64,000 bases of DNA from Blastocatellia bacterium AA13. GTDB taxonomy: Bacteria > Acidobacteriota > Blastocatellia > UBA7656. This document shows, in pieces, positions 48,482 through 58,104 of this stretch. Each line of letters opens with the position of its first letter. The first letter of the stretch is position 1. The notes under the pieces were generated by a model. It saw only the letters and a program-made list of their open reading frames with translations, had not been told where the DNA came from and searched no databases. The translations under genes were made by a program, and so were the position numbers. The stretch spans positions 24,650-88,649 of the forward strand of contig QHVH01000031.1 in assembly GCA_003222245.1 (NCBI GenBank), given 5' to 3'.

Positions 48482-51400
48482 AATTATTGAGTTCTCGGCC
48501 CGAAACCGGTTCATCATCCTGATGTTCACCGGAGCCGCGGTAATCGCCGGCATATGGTCGGTAAGAAACACGCCGCTCGATGCGATACCGGATCTGAGCG
48601 ACACCCAGGTAATCGTCTATTCACGCTGGGATCGCAGTCCCGACATCATCGAAGCCCAGGTCACCTATCCCATCGTTACGTCGCTGTTGGGCGCGCCAAA
48701 GGTCAAGGACGTCAGAGGAATCTCCGACTTCGGCTACTCATACGTCTATGTGATCTTTGAAGAAGGCGTCGATATTTACTGGGCGCGCTCGCGAACTCTC
48801 GAATATCTGTCGAAATCACTCGCCTCTCTGCCGAAAGAAGTTAAGACCGAGCTCGGTCCCGACGCAACCGGAGTCGGGTGGGTGTTCCAGTACGCGCTCG
48901 TCGATCGAACCGGCAAGCACAATCTGGCCGAGCTGCGCTCGCTCGAGGACTACTATCTCAGATATCACCTTCAAACCGTTCCGGGCGTCGCCGAGGTCGC
49001 GCCGCTCGGCGGATTCGTCAGACAGTATCAGGTCAACGTCGATCCGAACCGGCTTCAGACCTACAACATCACCATCGACAAACTTGTTTCCGCTGTAAGA
49101 GGAGGCAACAGCGAAGTCGGAGGACGCGTAGTCGAATTCACGGGCCGCGAATACATGGTACGCGGCCACGGATATATCAAATCGGCTTCGGACATCGAGA
49201 AGATAGTGCTTGCCACGAATCAGGCAGGCACTCCGGTCACCGTGCGAGACGTCGGCAGCGTCGTCTTAGGACCCGATATTCGGCGAGGGGTCTCGGATCT
49301 TGACGGAACCGGCGAAGCCGTCTCCGGTATTATCGTCATGCGGCAGGGCGATAACGCTCTTGCGGTCATCGACCGCGTTAAGGCCAAGTTGAAGGAGATA
49401 GAGCCGGGCCTTCCAAAGGGTGTTGAAGTAGTAACCGCTTATGACCGCTCCGAACTGATACTGGCGTCGGTTCAGAATCTCAAGTCGACTCTAATCGAAG
49501 AGCTGATCGTCGTTTCGATAATCATACTCATATTCCTGTGGCATCCTCCGAGCGCGGTCATACCGATCCTAACAATCCCAATAGCCGTCATCATTTCGTT
49601 CATACCGCTTCGGATGATGGGGGTCAGCTCGAACGTGATGTCGCTCGGAGGGATCGCCATAGCCGTAGGCGCGATGGTGGACGCCGCCATCGTCGTAGTC
49701 GAGCAAACACATAAGAAACTCGAAGAGTGGCAGCGAGGCGACCGCCTACAGTCTTACAGCAGCGTCGTCGTTCAGGCGGTAAAAGAAGTCGGCGGCCCAA
49801 GCTTCTTCGCGCTGCTCGTGATCGCGGTCTCTTTCCTTCCAGTGCTCACGCTCGAAGCGCAAGAAGGCAGGCTCTTCAAGCCGCTTGCGTACACGAAGAA
49901 CCTCGCGATGATTGCCGCCGCCGTCCTGGCCATTACCCTGGACCCGGCTCTGCGACTGCTCTTCACTCGCATGAAGGGTTTCGAGTTTCGGCCGCGATGG
50001 CTTGCTCGCGTCTCCAACGCTCTGCTGGTCGGCAAGATTCGACCGGAGGAAAAGCACCCGATCAGCCGGTTGTTGATTCGACTCTATCAGCCCGTAGTCA
50101 ACTGGAGCCTCAGATGGAAATGGACCGTCATCTTAGGCGCGCTCGTGCTGGTCGCAATCACGATTCCCGTTTACATGAAGCTCGGCTCCGAGTTCATGCC
50201 GCCGTTTGACGAAGGCGCGCTGTTTTTTATGCCGACGACAGTGCCCGGAATCTCAGTAGGCGAAGCGCAGAAGCTGCTCCGGGTTCAGGATCGGATTTTG
50301 ATGGAGGTTCCGGAAGTAGCCGGCGTTATGGGCAAAGCCGGACGCGCCGAAACCGCAACCGATCCCGCGCCGCTTTCGATGATGGAAACGGTTGTCCTGT
50401 TAAAGCCGAAGAGCGACTGGCGCAAAGTCGACACCTGGTACGATCGCTGGCCCGGTTGGATAAAACCCATCTTCCGTCGAATAAAATCGGATCATATTTC
50501 GACCGAAGAGATGGTCGGCGAGTTGAATGAAAAGCTCGATCTGCCGGGAGTCTCCAATGCCTGGACGATGCCGATCAAAGCGCGGATCGACATGCAGACG
50601 ACGGGCATTCGAACGCCTGTAGGCGTCAAGGTCTCCGGCGCCGATCCAAAAGAGATCGAAGATATCGGAAAGAAAATCGAAGCAATCCTGCCGCGGATGA
50701 GCGAAACGAGATCCGTGTTCGCGGAGCGGACGGGCGGAGGATACTTCCTCGATTTCGATCTCAAGCGCGATCAACTCGCCCGGTACGGCCTCACCGTGGA
50801 CGAAGCCCAGATGATCGTCTTGAACGCAATCGGCGGCGAGAACGTCACTACGACTGTGGAAGGGCGCGAGCGGTATCCGGTCAACGTCCGTTATATGCGC
50901 GATTTTCGGAGCAATCTGGACCAGCTTCAACGGGTTCTCGTGCCCACGATGGGAGGGCAGCAGCAGATTCCGATGGCGCAAATAGCCGACATAAAGATTG
51001 TCAGCGGGCCATCCATGCTGCGCGATGAAAACGGTATGCTGACAGGCTACGTGTTCATTGACGTTGCCGGCAGTGATATAGGGGGCTATGTCGACAAGGC
51101 GAAGCATCTCATTCACGAAGAGCTGAATCTTCCGGCCGGATATGCTCTGACCTGGAGCGGCCAGTACGAATCCATCCTGCGAGTGAAGGAACGGCTGAAG
51201 GTCGTTCTTCCCATAACGCTCTTCCTCATCTTGTTTCTTCTCTATCTAAACACCAGGTCGGCTGCAAAAACGATCCTGATTCTCCTGGCGGTGCCATTCT
51301 CGGCCGTGGGAGCGATATGGTTCCTCTATGCGCTCGGCTACAACATGAGCATTGGAACATGGGTCGGCCTGATAGCTCTGATGGGCGTAGACGCCGAGAC

Positions 51401-51746
51401 CGGCGTATTCATGCTCCTGTATCTCGATCTTGCATTCGAGGAGCGTAAGAAGCAGGGATTGATGCGAAACGTCTCCGATCTGCGCGAGGCGATTGCTCAC
51501 GGAGCCGTTAAGAGGATTCGGCCGAAGTTCATGACCGTCACAACGATGTTCGTTGGCTTGATTCCGATTATGTGGTCGGTCGGAGCAGGCGCCGACGTTA
51601 TGAAGCGAATCGCGGCTCCAATGATAGGCGGTATCTTCACATCCTTCATTCTCGAGCTTGCGGTGTATCCCGCCCTGTACGAAATCTGGAAATCGAATAC
51701 CGAGTTGAAGCGAGTCGCGGAAGCAGAACTAACATTGAACACTTAG
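48471..51746 (+). CDS. cusA: CusA/CzcA-family heavy-metal efflux RND transporter
   Basis: 1091 aa with a 12-helix RND topology. The N-terminus MIDRIIEFSARNRFIILMF...AIPDLSDTQVIVYSRW is typical of CusA. The start overlaps the cusB stop. Confidence 0.9.
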   Translation: MIDRIIEFSARNRFIILMFTGAAVIAGIWSVRNTPLDAIPDLSDTQVIVYSRWDRSPDIIEAQVTYPIVTSLLGAPKVKDVRGISDFGYSYVYVIFEEGVDIYWARSRTLEYLSKSLASLPKEVKTELGPDATGVGWVFQYALVDRTGKHNLAELRSLEDYYLRYHLQTVPGVAEVAPLGGFVRQYQVNVDPNRLQTYNITIDKLVSAVRGGNSEVGGRVVEFTGREYMVRGHGYIKSASDIEKIVLATNQAGTPVTVRDVGSVVLGPDIRRGVSDLDGTGEAVSGIIVMRQGDNALAVIDRVKAKLKEIEPGLPKGVEVVTAYDRSELILASVQNLKSTLIEELIVVSIIILIFLWHPPSAVIPILTIPIAVIISFIPLRMMGVSSNVMSLGGIAIAVGAMVDAAIVVVEQTHKKLEEWQRGDRLQSYSSVVVQAVKEVGGPSFFALLVIAVSFLPVLTLEAQEGRLFKPLAYTKNLAMIAAAVLAITLDPALRLLFTRMKGFEFRPRWLARVSNALLVGKIRPEEKHPISRLLIRLYQPVVNWSLRWKWTVILGALVLVAITIPVYMKLGSEFMPPFDEGALFFMPTTVPGISVGEAQKLLRVQDRILMEVPEVAGVMGKAGRAETATDPAPLSMMETVVLLKPKSDWRKVDTWYDRWPGWIKPIFRRIKSDHISTEEMVGELNEKLDLPGVSNAWTMPIKARIDMQTTGIRTPVGVKVSGADPKEIEDIGKKIEAILPRMSETRSVFAERTGGGYFLDFDLKRDQLARYGLTVDEAQMIVLNAIGGENVTTTVEGRERYPVNVRYMRDFRSNLDQLQRVLVPTMGGQQQIPMAQIADIKIVSGPSMLRDENGMLTGYVFIDVAGSDIGGYVDKAKHLIHEELNLPAGYALTWSGQYESILRVKERLKVVLPITLFLILFLLYLNTRSAAKTILILLAVPFSAVGAIWFLYALGYNMSIGTWVGLIALMGVDAETGVFMLLYLDLAFEERKKQGLMRNVSDLREAIAHGAVKRIRPKFMTVTTMFVGLIPIMWSVGAGADVMKRIAAPMIGGIFTSFILELAVYPALYEIWKSNTELKRVAEAELTLNT

Positions 51747-51761
51747 GGACGCGACGCGGGT

Positions 51762-53630
51762 TTATTGCTTGGTTTTGAGATCGCGTGCTCTCTGATACTC
51801 CCTGGTCGCTTCGTCGCGGAGACCCTGGCTGTAAAGAGAGTGCCCGAGTTTTGTGTGGAGCGAATCATCGTTAGGCGCGATGGCGAGCGCCTTTCGGTAG
51901 GAGTCGGCCGCTTTGGACCACTGCTCCAGCTCAAAGTACTCGTCGCCGAGGGCCATAAAAAGAACCGCGTTTTTCGGATCAAGTTCGGCGGCCCGCTGGA
52001 ATTCCGCGAGCGCGAGAGCTTTCTTTGAGCCTTTATATAGGATCGCGAGATTGTAATGAGGTGAAGCCCATTTCGTATCCAGATCCGCGGCCCGCTTGTA
52101 TGCACGTTCGGCCTGATACTCGTTCAAGAGGCCCTGCTGAATAATGCCGGCGGCGTTTTCCACGACGGCATCCCGCGCAGCGCCCTGCAAGGTCGCCAGG
52201 GACTTATCAGCCTCGTCATAAAATTGCAGCGCGATGAGCGCGTGAACAGCGCTCATCTTTTCGAGCGGTGCAATACGGCCGTCTTCGGGTCGCAATGCGC
52301 GCGAGCGAGCGAGCATTTGGCCCGCTCGCCTGAACTCATCGAGCGGCGAAGGAGCGCCGGTCGCTCCGGAAACCGGCAGCGGGGCCGAAGCCGGCCTGTT
52401 CTTCGAATCAATGGCTTCGGTGCTTACGGCAGGTTGATCCGGCGGTCTGATTGCAGGCTTGGGCGCCGCCGGAGTATTCGCAGCAACCTCGCTTCCGCTT
52501 GCCTTGAAGGCAGCCCCAACCGGGCCTGAGTCAACCGGAGATACGACGGATGGCCGCGGCCGTTCGACGTTCGACTTTGCGATTTGAGTCGGCTGCGAGG
52601 CTCCAGAGTTAGTCCGGCCTGAAGGAGCAGCAGGGTTAGCCCTGGCGGTGCTTTGAGCTTGGACCGCGGAGGTGTTCGGGCTTTGCGTGGCTGAGGCTGG
52701 GTTGGCCCTGGTATCCGCAGCCGGTGCGGGTCGCTTGTCATTGCTTCCGATCGATGCTTGTTCGACCGGCTTCTGAGTCGTAGAGCGGGCAAGCTGGCCC
52801 GTGGAGAATACTCCGACTTTAGCCAGGGAAGCTCCCGAACGCCACGGCAATTGTTTATTAGAGGTCTCCTGAGCCAGCTTTTCGCGCACGAAGTCGAAGA
52901 TCTCGTCACCGCTCACGATTCCGTCGTTGTCGCGGTCGGCCGAAGAAATCGCCTCGGCCAGAAGCTTCGTAAACGCGCCCTGACCGCCCCAGCGCTGCCC
53001 TTCCCAAGAGAATTGGCCGGGGCTGCTCGCCATCAACACGGTTACCGACGGTTTCGCGAACGCAAGATCTTCGAGTGAATGAAAGAAGGCGGTAGAGTCC
53101 GAGGCCGGTCTCGAGTCAGGATCGAAGAAGTCCTTTCGTATCGCATCGGCTATGAACACGATGTTCTTCGCTTTGACGCGGCGGCCGAGCGCGAGCTTTA
53201 GATCGCTGATCGACAGCGCCGAGCCGTACAGAGATTGCGGATCGGTATCGTAAGCAAGGAAGTAGCCTTCTGAAAACTCGCGCTCGAAAAACCCGTGGCC
53301 GGAGAAGTACAGATAGACCGTGTCGTTTGCTCCGGCTGAGCGAGGCAGCCAATCTCCGATCGCGCTTTTAATACCCGCGATCGTCGCTTGAGGTCCAACC
53401 AGGAGCTTGAGGTTCGATTCATTGAAACCGGACTGGCGAAGCAGATTCGCGAACACGACCGCATCTCTCTCGGCGAACTGAAGCTGCTGGCCGCCGGGAA
53501 GCCGCGCATACTTCGCAACACCGACGATCACTGCCCATTTTTTCGGCGCGGCATCGTTCTGAGCGCGGACGGGCGCGAGAAACACCCATCCAAAGAGCAC
53601 AAGTGCAAAATAGAGCTTTATAAAGCGCAT
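51762..53630 (-). CDS. secreted caspase-domain (peptidase C14, orthocaspase-like) protein with catalytic Cys replaced by Ile, a Pro/Ala/Ser-rich linker and C-terminal TPR repeats
   Basis: Signal peptide MRFIKLYFALVLFGWVFLAPVRA. KKWAVIVGVAKYA and YLYFSGHGF (the His dyad) are intact, but the Cys box reads NIVFIADAIRKD where D-A-C would be expected. The C-terminus has TPR repeats. The start may be off by 1 nt. Confidence 0.7.
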   Translation of the reverse strand: MRFIKLYFALVLFGWVFLAPVRAQNDAAPKKWAVIVGVAKYARLPGGQQLQFAERDAVVFANLLRQSGFNESNLKLLVGPQATIAGIKSAIGDWLPRSAGANDTVYLYFSGHGFFEREFSEGYFLAYDTDPQSLYGSALSISDLKLALGRRVKAKNIVFIADAIRKDFFDPDSRPASDSTAFFHSLEDLAFAKPSVTVLMASSPGQFSWEGQRWGGQGAFTKLLAEAISSADRDNDGIVSGDEIFDFVREKLAQETSNKQLPWRSGASLAKVGVFSTGQLARSTTQKPVEQASIGSNDKRPAPAADTRANPASATQSPNTSAVQAQSTARANPAAPSGRTNSGASQPTQIAKSNVERPRPSVVSPVDSGPVGAAFKASGSEVAANTPAAPKPAIRPPDQPAVSTEAIDSKNRPASAPLPVSGATGAPSPLDEFRRAGQMLARSRALRPEDGRIAPLEKMSAVHALIALQFYDEADKSLATLQGAARDAVVENAAGIIQQGLLNEYQAERAYKRAADLDTKWASPHYNLAILYKGSKKALALAEFQRAAELDPKNAVLFMALGDEYFELEQWSKAADSYRKALAIAPNDDSLHTKLGHSLYSQGLRDEATREYQRARDLKTKQ

Positions 53631-53742
53631 GGTAAAAAGTGAAAAGGGCGCGGCCGCACTCTGTGGCGGCTTGCGCCCCTCCGAGAATATCAAATCGCCG
53701 GCGGCTCGCGCGAGACCGCGCGCATCAACCGAGGTTAATAAA

Positions 53743-54090
53743 TTATTGGAAGCTCGCGATAGCGGCGTCTTCCTTATCGAACGTCTCGAACACGGTGAGC
53801 AGCTTTGTGATCATGAGCAGATCCTGAATTTTCTTGGTCAGGTTAAGGAGCTTCAGATGGCCTCCTTGATTGCTCGTGGTGGTATAAGAACTGACGAGCT
53901 CACCGATCCCTGAGCTGTCGACATATGAGACATCGCCGAGATTGAGCAGAATACTCTTCTTTTCGGCCAAGAGCAGTTTTCTGACCTCATCGCGGAGCTG
54001 AACGCTTCCTTCGCCTATCGTAATCTTTCCGGAAAGGTCCAAAATCGTAACATTGCCTGACTCGCGTTCCTTGATGCTTAACTGGGCCAT
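53743..54090 (-). CDS. anti-sigma factor antagonist (STAS domain, RsbV/SpoIIAA-like)
   Basis: [21 protein letters not shown]...[16 protein letters not shown], with the conserved phosphorylatable Ser (DSSGIG). Confidence 0.8.
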   Translation of the reverse strand: MAQLSIKERESGNVTILDLSGKITIGEGSVQLRDEVRKLLLAEKKSILLNLGDVSYVDSSGIGELVSSYTTTSNQGGHLKLLNLTKKIQDLLMITKLLTVFETFDKEDAAIASFQ

Positions 54091-54114
54091 CTTGTCACTT
54101 CTCCTTTGTGCTGT

Positions 54115-54534
54115 TTAGGAAGCATGTTTTCCTTTGTACATGCGCACGACGCTTCCGCCTTCTGGATGGGATAAGTACTCGACTTCATCCATGAATGTTC
54201 GCATGAAAAAAATGCCGCGGCCGGTAGGATTGAGCAAGTTGCCGGGATCGAGCGGGTCGGGCAGCAGAGCGTGATCAAAGCCTTCTCCGCGATCGCGTAC
54301 ATAGACGCTCAATGCCTCCTTCTCGATGACGAATCTCACGTCGACCGGTTTTCCCTCGTCGCCCTTGTTGCCGTGCTTAATGGCATTGATCAGCGCCTCC
54401 CGCACCGCGAGCTCGATCCAACCGGACGTATCTTCGTCGAAGCCTATGCGTCCCGCTGCATCTCTGGAAATCGAGGCGACCATATCTACGAATTCATACT
54501 TGCTTTCTATGCTAAGCTCAATCGTCTCGCTCAT
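54115..54534 (-). CDS. anti-sigma regulatory factor, serine kinase (HATPase_c, RsbW/SpoIIAB-like)
   Basis: N-box ELAVREALINAIKHGN and G-box VRDRGEGFD. Start set at MSETIEL (54534). The ORF track extends to 54654. Confidence 0.75.
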   Translation of the reverse strand: MSETIELSIESKYEFVDMVASISRDAAGRIGFDEDTSGWIELAVREALINAIKHGNKGDEGKPVDVRFVIEKEALSVYVRDRGEGFDHALLPDPLDPGNLLNPTGRGIFFMRTFMDEVEYLSHPEGGSVVRMYKGKHAS

Positions 54535-54647
54535 GGGCGCCGGGGATGCCTTTCGTTTTAATGTTGGCTTATGCCTCGATCGAGCAAGCGTTATTTGCCG
54601 CAAGGTGGTCACGTTGCGCGCAATTGTGTAACATAGCGAAAGTTGAC

Positions 54648-56000
54648 ATGTCAAGCACCGTAAGATTCCACGGACCCGGCATTATAAAGGGAAAGATTGC
54701 CATGCCGGGTGATAAGTCGATCTCACACCGCGTCGCAATGCTCGCCTCCCTTGCGGAAGGCAATTCAGTGATCGACGGCTTCGCATCGAGCGTCGATTGC
54801 GCAGCCACGCTCGACTGTGTAACGAGGCTCGGGATCGAAGTTGAACGGGAAAATTCCAGGGTCGTGATTCACGGCCGGGGATCGCGCGGTTACCGGTATC
54901 GAGAAGATCCGATCGTCCTCGATGCGGGAAATTCGGGTTCCACGATGAGGATGCTGACGGGACTGCTGGCCTCACGAAAGCTTGAAACGGTCTTTGACGG
55001 CGACAACAGTCTCCGGAGACGTCCGATGCGCCGGATCATAGAGCCTCTCACCAGGATGGGAGCGCGCATCGATGCGGTCCAGGACAATTTCCCTCCATTG
55101 AAGATCAGCGGAACCACGCTTCAGGGAATCGACTACCAGAGCCCTATAGCAAGCGCTCAAGTAAAGACCGCCGTGTTATTTGCCGGACTGAGCGCCGAGG
55201 GCGCTGCCGCTTTCGGCGAACCGATCCTTTCGCGAAATCATACCGAGTTGATGCTGCCCGAATTCGGCGCACGGTTCTCTGAGAGCCTTGACGGCCCGGG
55301 ACATCAGTTGCGAATTCAGGGAGGACAGGAGCTAAAGCCGGTCCGATATACCGTACCCGGCGATCCCTCCTCGGCGGCGTTCTTCTGCGCCGCCGCGGCA
55401 GCGACACCTGGATCGAGACTCGTCGTCCAGAACGTAAATTTGAACCCAACTCGAATTGCTTTTGTCGAAGCTCTTCAAATGCTCGGCGCGGATATTGTCG
55501 TCGACAATGCAGCGCTCGCTCACGGCGAGAAGATTGGCGATCTCATCGTCACCGGACGATCTCTGATGTCCGCGCCTGGCGGCTGCCGTTTTCCGCGCGA
55601 GATGATTCCGGCTCTCATAGATGAAATACCGGTGCTGGCGGTGATCGCTACACAGGTTGAAGGCCGGGTGGAGATCAGGCACGCCGAAGAGTTGCGAGTC
55701 AAAGAGAGCGATCGAATCAAGTCAGTCGCTGCTGGACTGAGGGCTCTCGGCGCCGAGGTCGAGGAATTTGAAGATGGTCTCGCCGTGAGCGGGCCGCAAC
55801 GGTTGATTGGAGGGGTCGTGGAGTCTGCCGGCGATCATCGCATCGCAATGGCTTTTAGCATCGCGGGACTTCTCGCGCGCGGCGTGACCGAGATACGCGG
55901 CGCCGAATGCGCGGCTGTTTCGTTCCCACAGTTCTTCGAGACGTTGGCGTCGGTCAGCAACGAAGGAGTGATCGAGAAGATCAGTGGTGAGATACGGTGA
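54648..56000 (+). CDS. aroA: 3-phosphoshikimate 1-carboxyvinyltransferase (EPSP synthase)
   Basis: GKIAMPGDKSISHRVAMLASLAEGNSVIDG, DAGNSGSTMRMLTGLLA and RPM(R)RI motifs. The start is probably MSSTVRF. Confidence 0.9.
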   Translation: MSSTVRFHGPGIIKGKIAMPGDKSISHRVAMLASLAEGNSVIDGFASSVDCAATLDCVTRLGIEVERENSRVVIHGRGSRGYRYREDPIVLDAGNSGSTMRMLTGLLASRKLETVFDGDNSLRRRPMRRIIEPLTRMGARIDAVQDNFPPLKISGTTLQGIDYQSPIASAQVKTAVLFAGLSAEGAAAFGEPILSRNHTELMLPEFGARFSESLDGPGHQLRIQGGQELKPVRYTVPGDPSSAAFFCAAAAATPGSRLVVQNVNLNPTRIAFVEALQMLGADIVVDNAALAHGEKIGDLIVTGRSLMSAPGGCRFPREMIPALIDEIPVLAVIATQVEGRVEIRHAEELRVKESDRIKSVAAGLRALGAEVEEFEDGLAVSGPQRLIGGVVESAGDHRIAMAFSIAGLLARGVTEIRGAECAAVSFPQFFETLASVSNEGVIEKISGEIR

Positions 56001-56139
56001 CTCATGAATCCTCGCCGCATATGCGGCTCAACATTCGATTGTTGAGAACACCCGGTTGTTGAGAACGCCCGATTAGAAATACCTGTAAGGGGGAGGCCCG
56101 CACTTACATTATTCTTCACGCGATTGTTCGAGAGACGAG

Positions 56140-56682
56140 ATGGATGGTCACAAGAACACACCGTCGATCAGTCTAATCTTTCTCGTCGGCTTCATGGGTT
56201 CCGGAAAGAGCACTACGGGAAAGCTGCTGGCGAAAAGGATCGGCTATTCATTCTTAGATCTCGATAACCTGATTGAGAAACGAACCGGCAGAAAGATCCG
56301 CAATATCTTCGCGGCTGAAGGCGAAGAGTACTTCAGAGATATTGAGAGCGAAACACTGCAATCATGCCGGGGACTCGCGCACACAGTAGTGGCGCTTGGC
56401 GGCGGCGCATTCATTAAATCAGCAAACCGAGATTTTTGCCGCGAGGTTGGCAAGACGATCTGGCTGCGATGCCCGATCGAAATTTGTCTGGCGAGAGCTG
56501 CTCGCGACCGCTCCCGGCCGCTGCTAGGCGCGCGCGAAGAGATGGAGCGATTGCTAACGAGTCGGATCTCATCCTATGAGGCCGCCGATTTCACCGTCGA
56601 TTCCAGCCCGAGTGAACAGAATACAATTGTAAATGAGATATTGAGAGTATTAGCTGACGGGAATAGCTCGCGGGACGATTAG
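56140..56682 (+). CDS. aroK: shikimate kinase
   Basis: P-loop IFLVGFMGSGKSTTGK, a DLD motif and a GGGA lid (VVALGGGAF). Confidence 0.85.
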   Translation: MDGHKNTPSISLIFLVGFMGSGKSTTGKLLAKRIGYSFLDLDNLIEKRTGRKIRNIFAAEGEEYFRDIESETLQSCRGLAHTVVALGGGAFIKSANRDFCREVGKTIWLRCPIEICLARAARDRSRPLLGAREEMERLLTSRISSYEAADFTVDSSPSEQNTIVNEILRVLADGNSSRDD

Positions 56683-57488
56683 CGATGAGAATGGATAACC
56701 ACTCGGCGAAGCGGCTCGGTGCCTTTGCTCTGGGATCTCAATCCGCTCCGTTCGGCATAGAGATGTTGAAGCCTCCTGATGTGTCTCGGTTGAGGCGTCA
56801 ATTCAATCGGGCGATCGCTCTCCAACGCTTCGACGGCGGCATCTTCAACTTCCTGCAACGCCGCCGCCTCGCTGCCGAACTGGGATGAAACGCCGAAGAG
56901 CGCTTCCAGGAAATGTTCCATCTGCTTCAAGGTGTTGCTTCGAATGATCTGCACTTCAACCTGCTCGCCTCTTGCCTCGCGCAGCTTCTGAGACTGCCGC
57001 TTCGCGTGGGACTTCAGCGTCAGGAGCATGTCCGCTTCTTCGAGATCGTTGGTTATGGCCGCCGGTACGCCAAGCTCGTGAATAGCGCGTTCCAAACGTT
57101 CTCGGCTGATGCCATAAGGAAAGATGCGCGTCAGCGCCGCCGACCCACTGGAGCCATGGTGCTCTCGCTTGCGCTTTCTAGGCGGGGCCTCGGGTTCTTC
57201 GATATCTTCGCTCGGTTTTGAGCCGGCTTTGATGGTTTCGCGCGGCGGCCTTTGCTCCACCTCTGATTGATGGATCGTAACTCTGCCTTCCTCGTGCCTT
57301 TCGCGAATCTCGGTCTTCGGAATATAGCCTCGCAGCATCAAGTCGACGGCCTCGGCGACATCCTGGTGAATCTGAAATCGGTCCTTGTTTTGAATCTCGA
57401 TCAACGCGTCGAATGTAGGAGGCGCTTTTCGCTCGAGGACGGTCTTCTGAGTTCGTCTACGCCGAGCTTCTTCGTCCGACAGCGGCAT
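56679..57488 (-). CDS. C-terminal fragment of the same ycf45-like protein (R3H-like nucleic-acid-binding region)
   Basis: It begins (M)PLSDEEARRRRTQKTVLERKAPPTFDALIEIQ..., which in intact homologs follows the GGIQSVT block. The roughly 60-aa segment normally lying between ...QVP.P..QH and ...LGDEEARRR is absent here. Confidence 0.5.
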   Translation of the reverse strand: MPLSDEEARRRRTQKTVLERKAPPTFDALIEIQNKDRFQIHQDVAEAVDLMLRGYIPKTEIRERHEEGRVTIHQSEVEQRPPRETIKAGSKPSEDIEEPEAPPRKRKREHHGSSGSAALTRIFPYGISRERLERAIHELGVPAAITNDLEEADMLLTLKSHAKRQSQKLREARGEQVEVQIIRSNTLKQMEHFLEALFGVSSQFGSEAAALQEVEDAAVEALESDRPIELTPQPRHIRRLQHLYAERSGLRSQSKGTEPLRRVVIHSHR

Positions 57489-58104
57489 GCTGGTGATCGG
57501 GCTCGGGAACTTGCATTCGGCGGGCGCGGCCGATTCCGGGATGCGGAACGTCTCCGTCGCCGGCTATTTCGTTCGAGGTGTCTACTACGACTACGCGTTT
57601 TTCAAGATCGTCTGCGAGCACGCGAGCGGCTTCGCGGAGCAGCGTCGTCTTCCCTACCCCAGGCCGGCCCATTAAGAGCAAGCTCCGGCCGCTTTCAACA
57701 TAGTCGCGAACGATGTCCACCGTTCCGAAGATGGCGCGGCCCACTCGGCAGGTCAGCCCGACGATTTCTCCGAGGCGATTTCGAATTGCGGATATGCGAT
57801 GGAGGGTGCGCTCGATCCCGGCTCGATTATCCCGGGTGAAGCGGCCGACTCGGCTGGCGACATATTGGATTTCTTCGCGGCTGACTAACGATTCCGTCAG
57901 ATAGTGAGCGCGATTTGGATAGCGGGCTTCGGGTCTGCGACCCAGGTCGAGCACAATCTCGATCAGGGTCTCAAGCTCACCCGCGGCATGCAGGGCATTT
58001 CTGACGTCGGGAGGCAAAACATTGAGTAAGAGATCAAGATTATCGGTCGAGACAAATTCAGTCTGAAGGTTTGGAGTGGCCATGCTACCCCACTCAATCA
58101 ACAA
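57457..58104 (-). CDS. N-terminal fragment of a ycf45-like AAA-type ATPase (P-loop NTPase; the intact family has a C-terminal R3H domain)
   Basis: Walker A LLMGRPGVGKTTLLRE and Walker B VVVVDTSNEIAGDGDVPHPGIGRARRMQV. It ends after ...PEPDHQHAAV, 32 nt inside the next ORF in another frame. Confidence 0.6.
   Translation of the reverse strand: MLIEWGSMATPNLQTEFVSTDNLDLLLNVLPPDVRNALHAAGELETLIEIVLDLGRRPEARYPNRAHYLTESLVSREEIQYVASRVGRFTRDNRAGIERTLHRISAIRNRLGEIVGLTCRVGRAIFGTVDIVRDYVESGRSLLLMGRPGVGKTTLLREAARVLADDLEKRVVVVDTSNEIAGDGDVPHPGIGRARRMQVPEPDHQHAAVGRRSSA

Noticed and set aside
53629-53913. 94-aa plus-strand ORF between the caspase-TPR gene and rsbV
   Set aside because: It overlaps the 5' end of the caspase-TPR gene on the opposite strand and sits in that gene's promoter region. 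It has no motifs or ribosome-binding site and is probably spurious.
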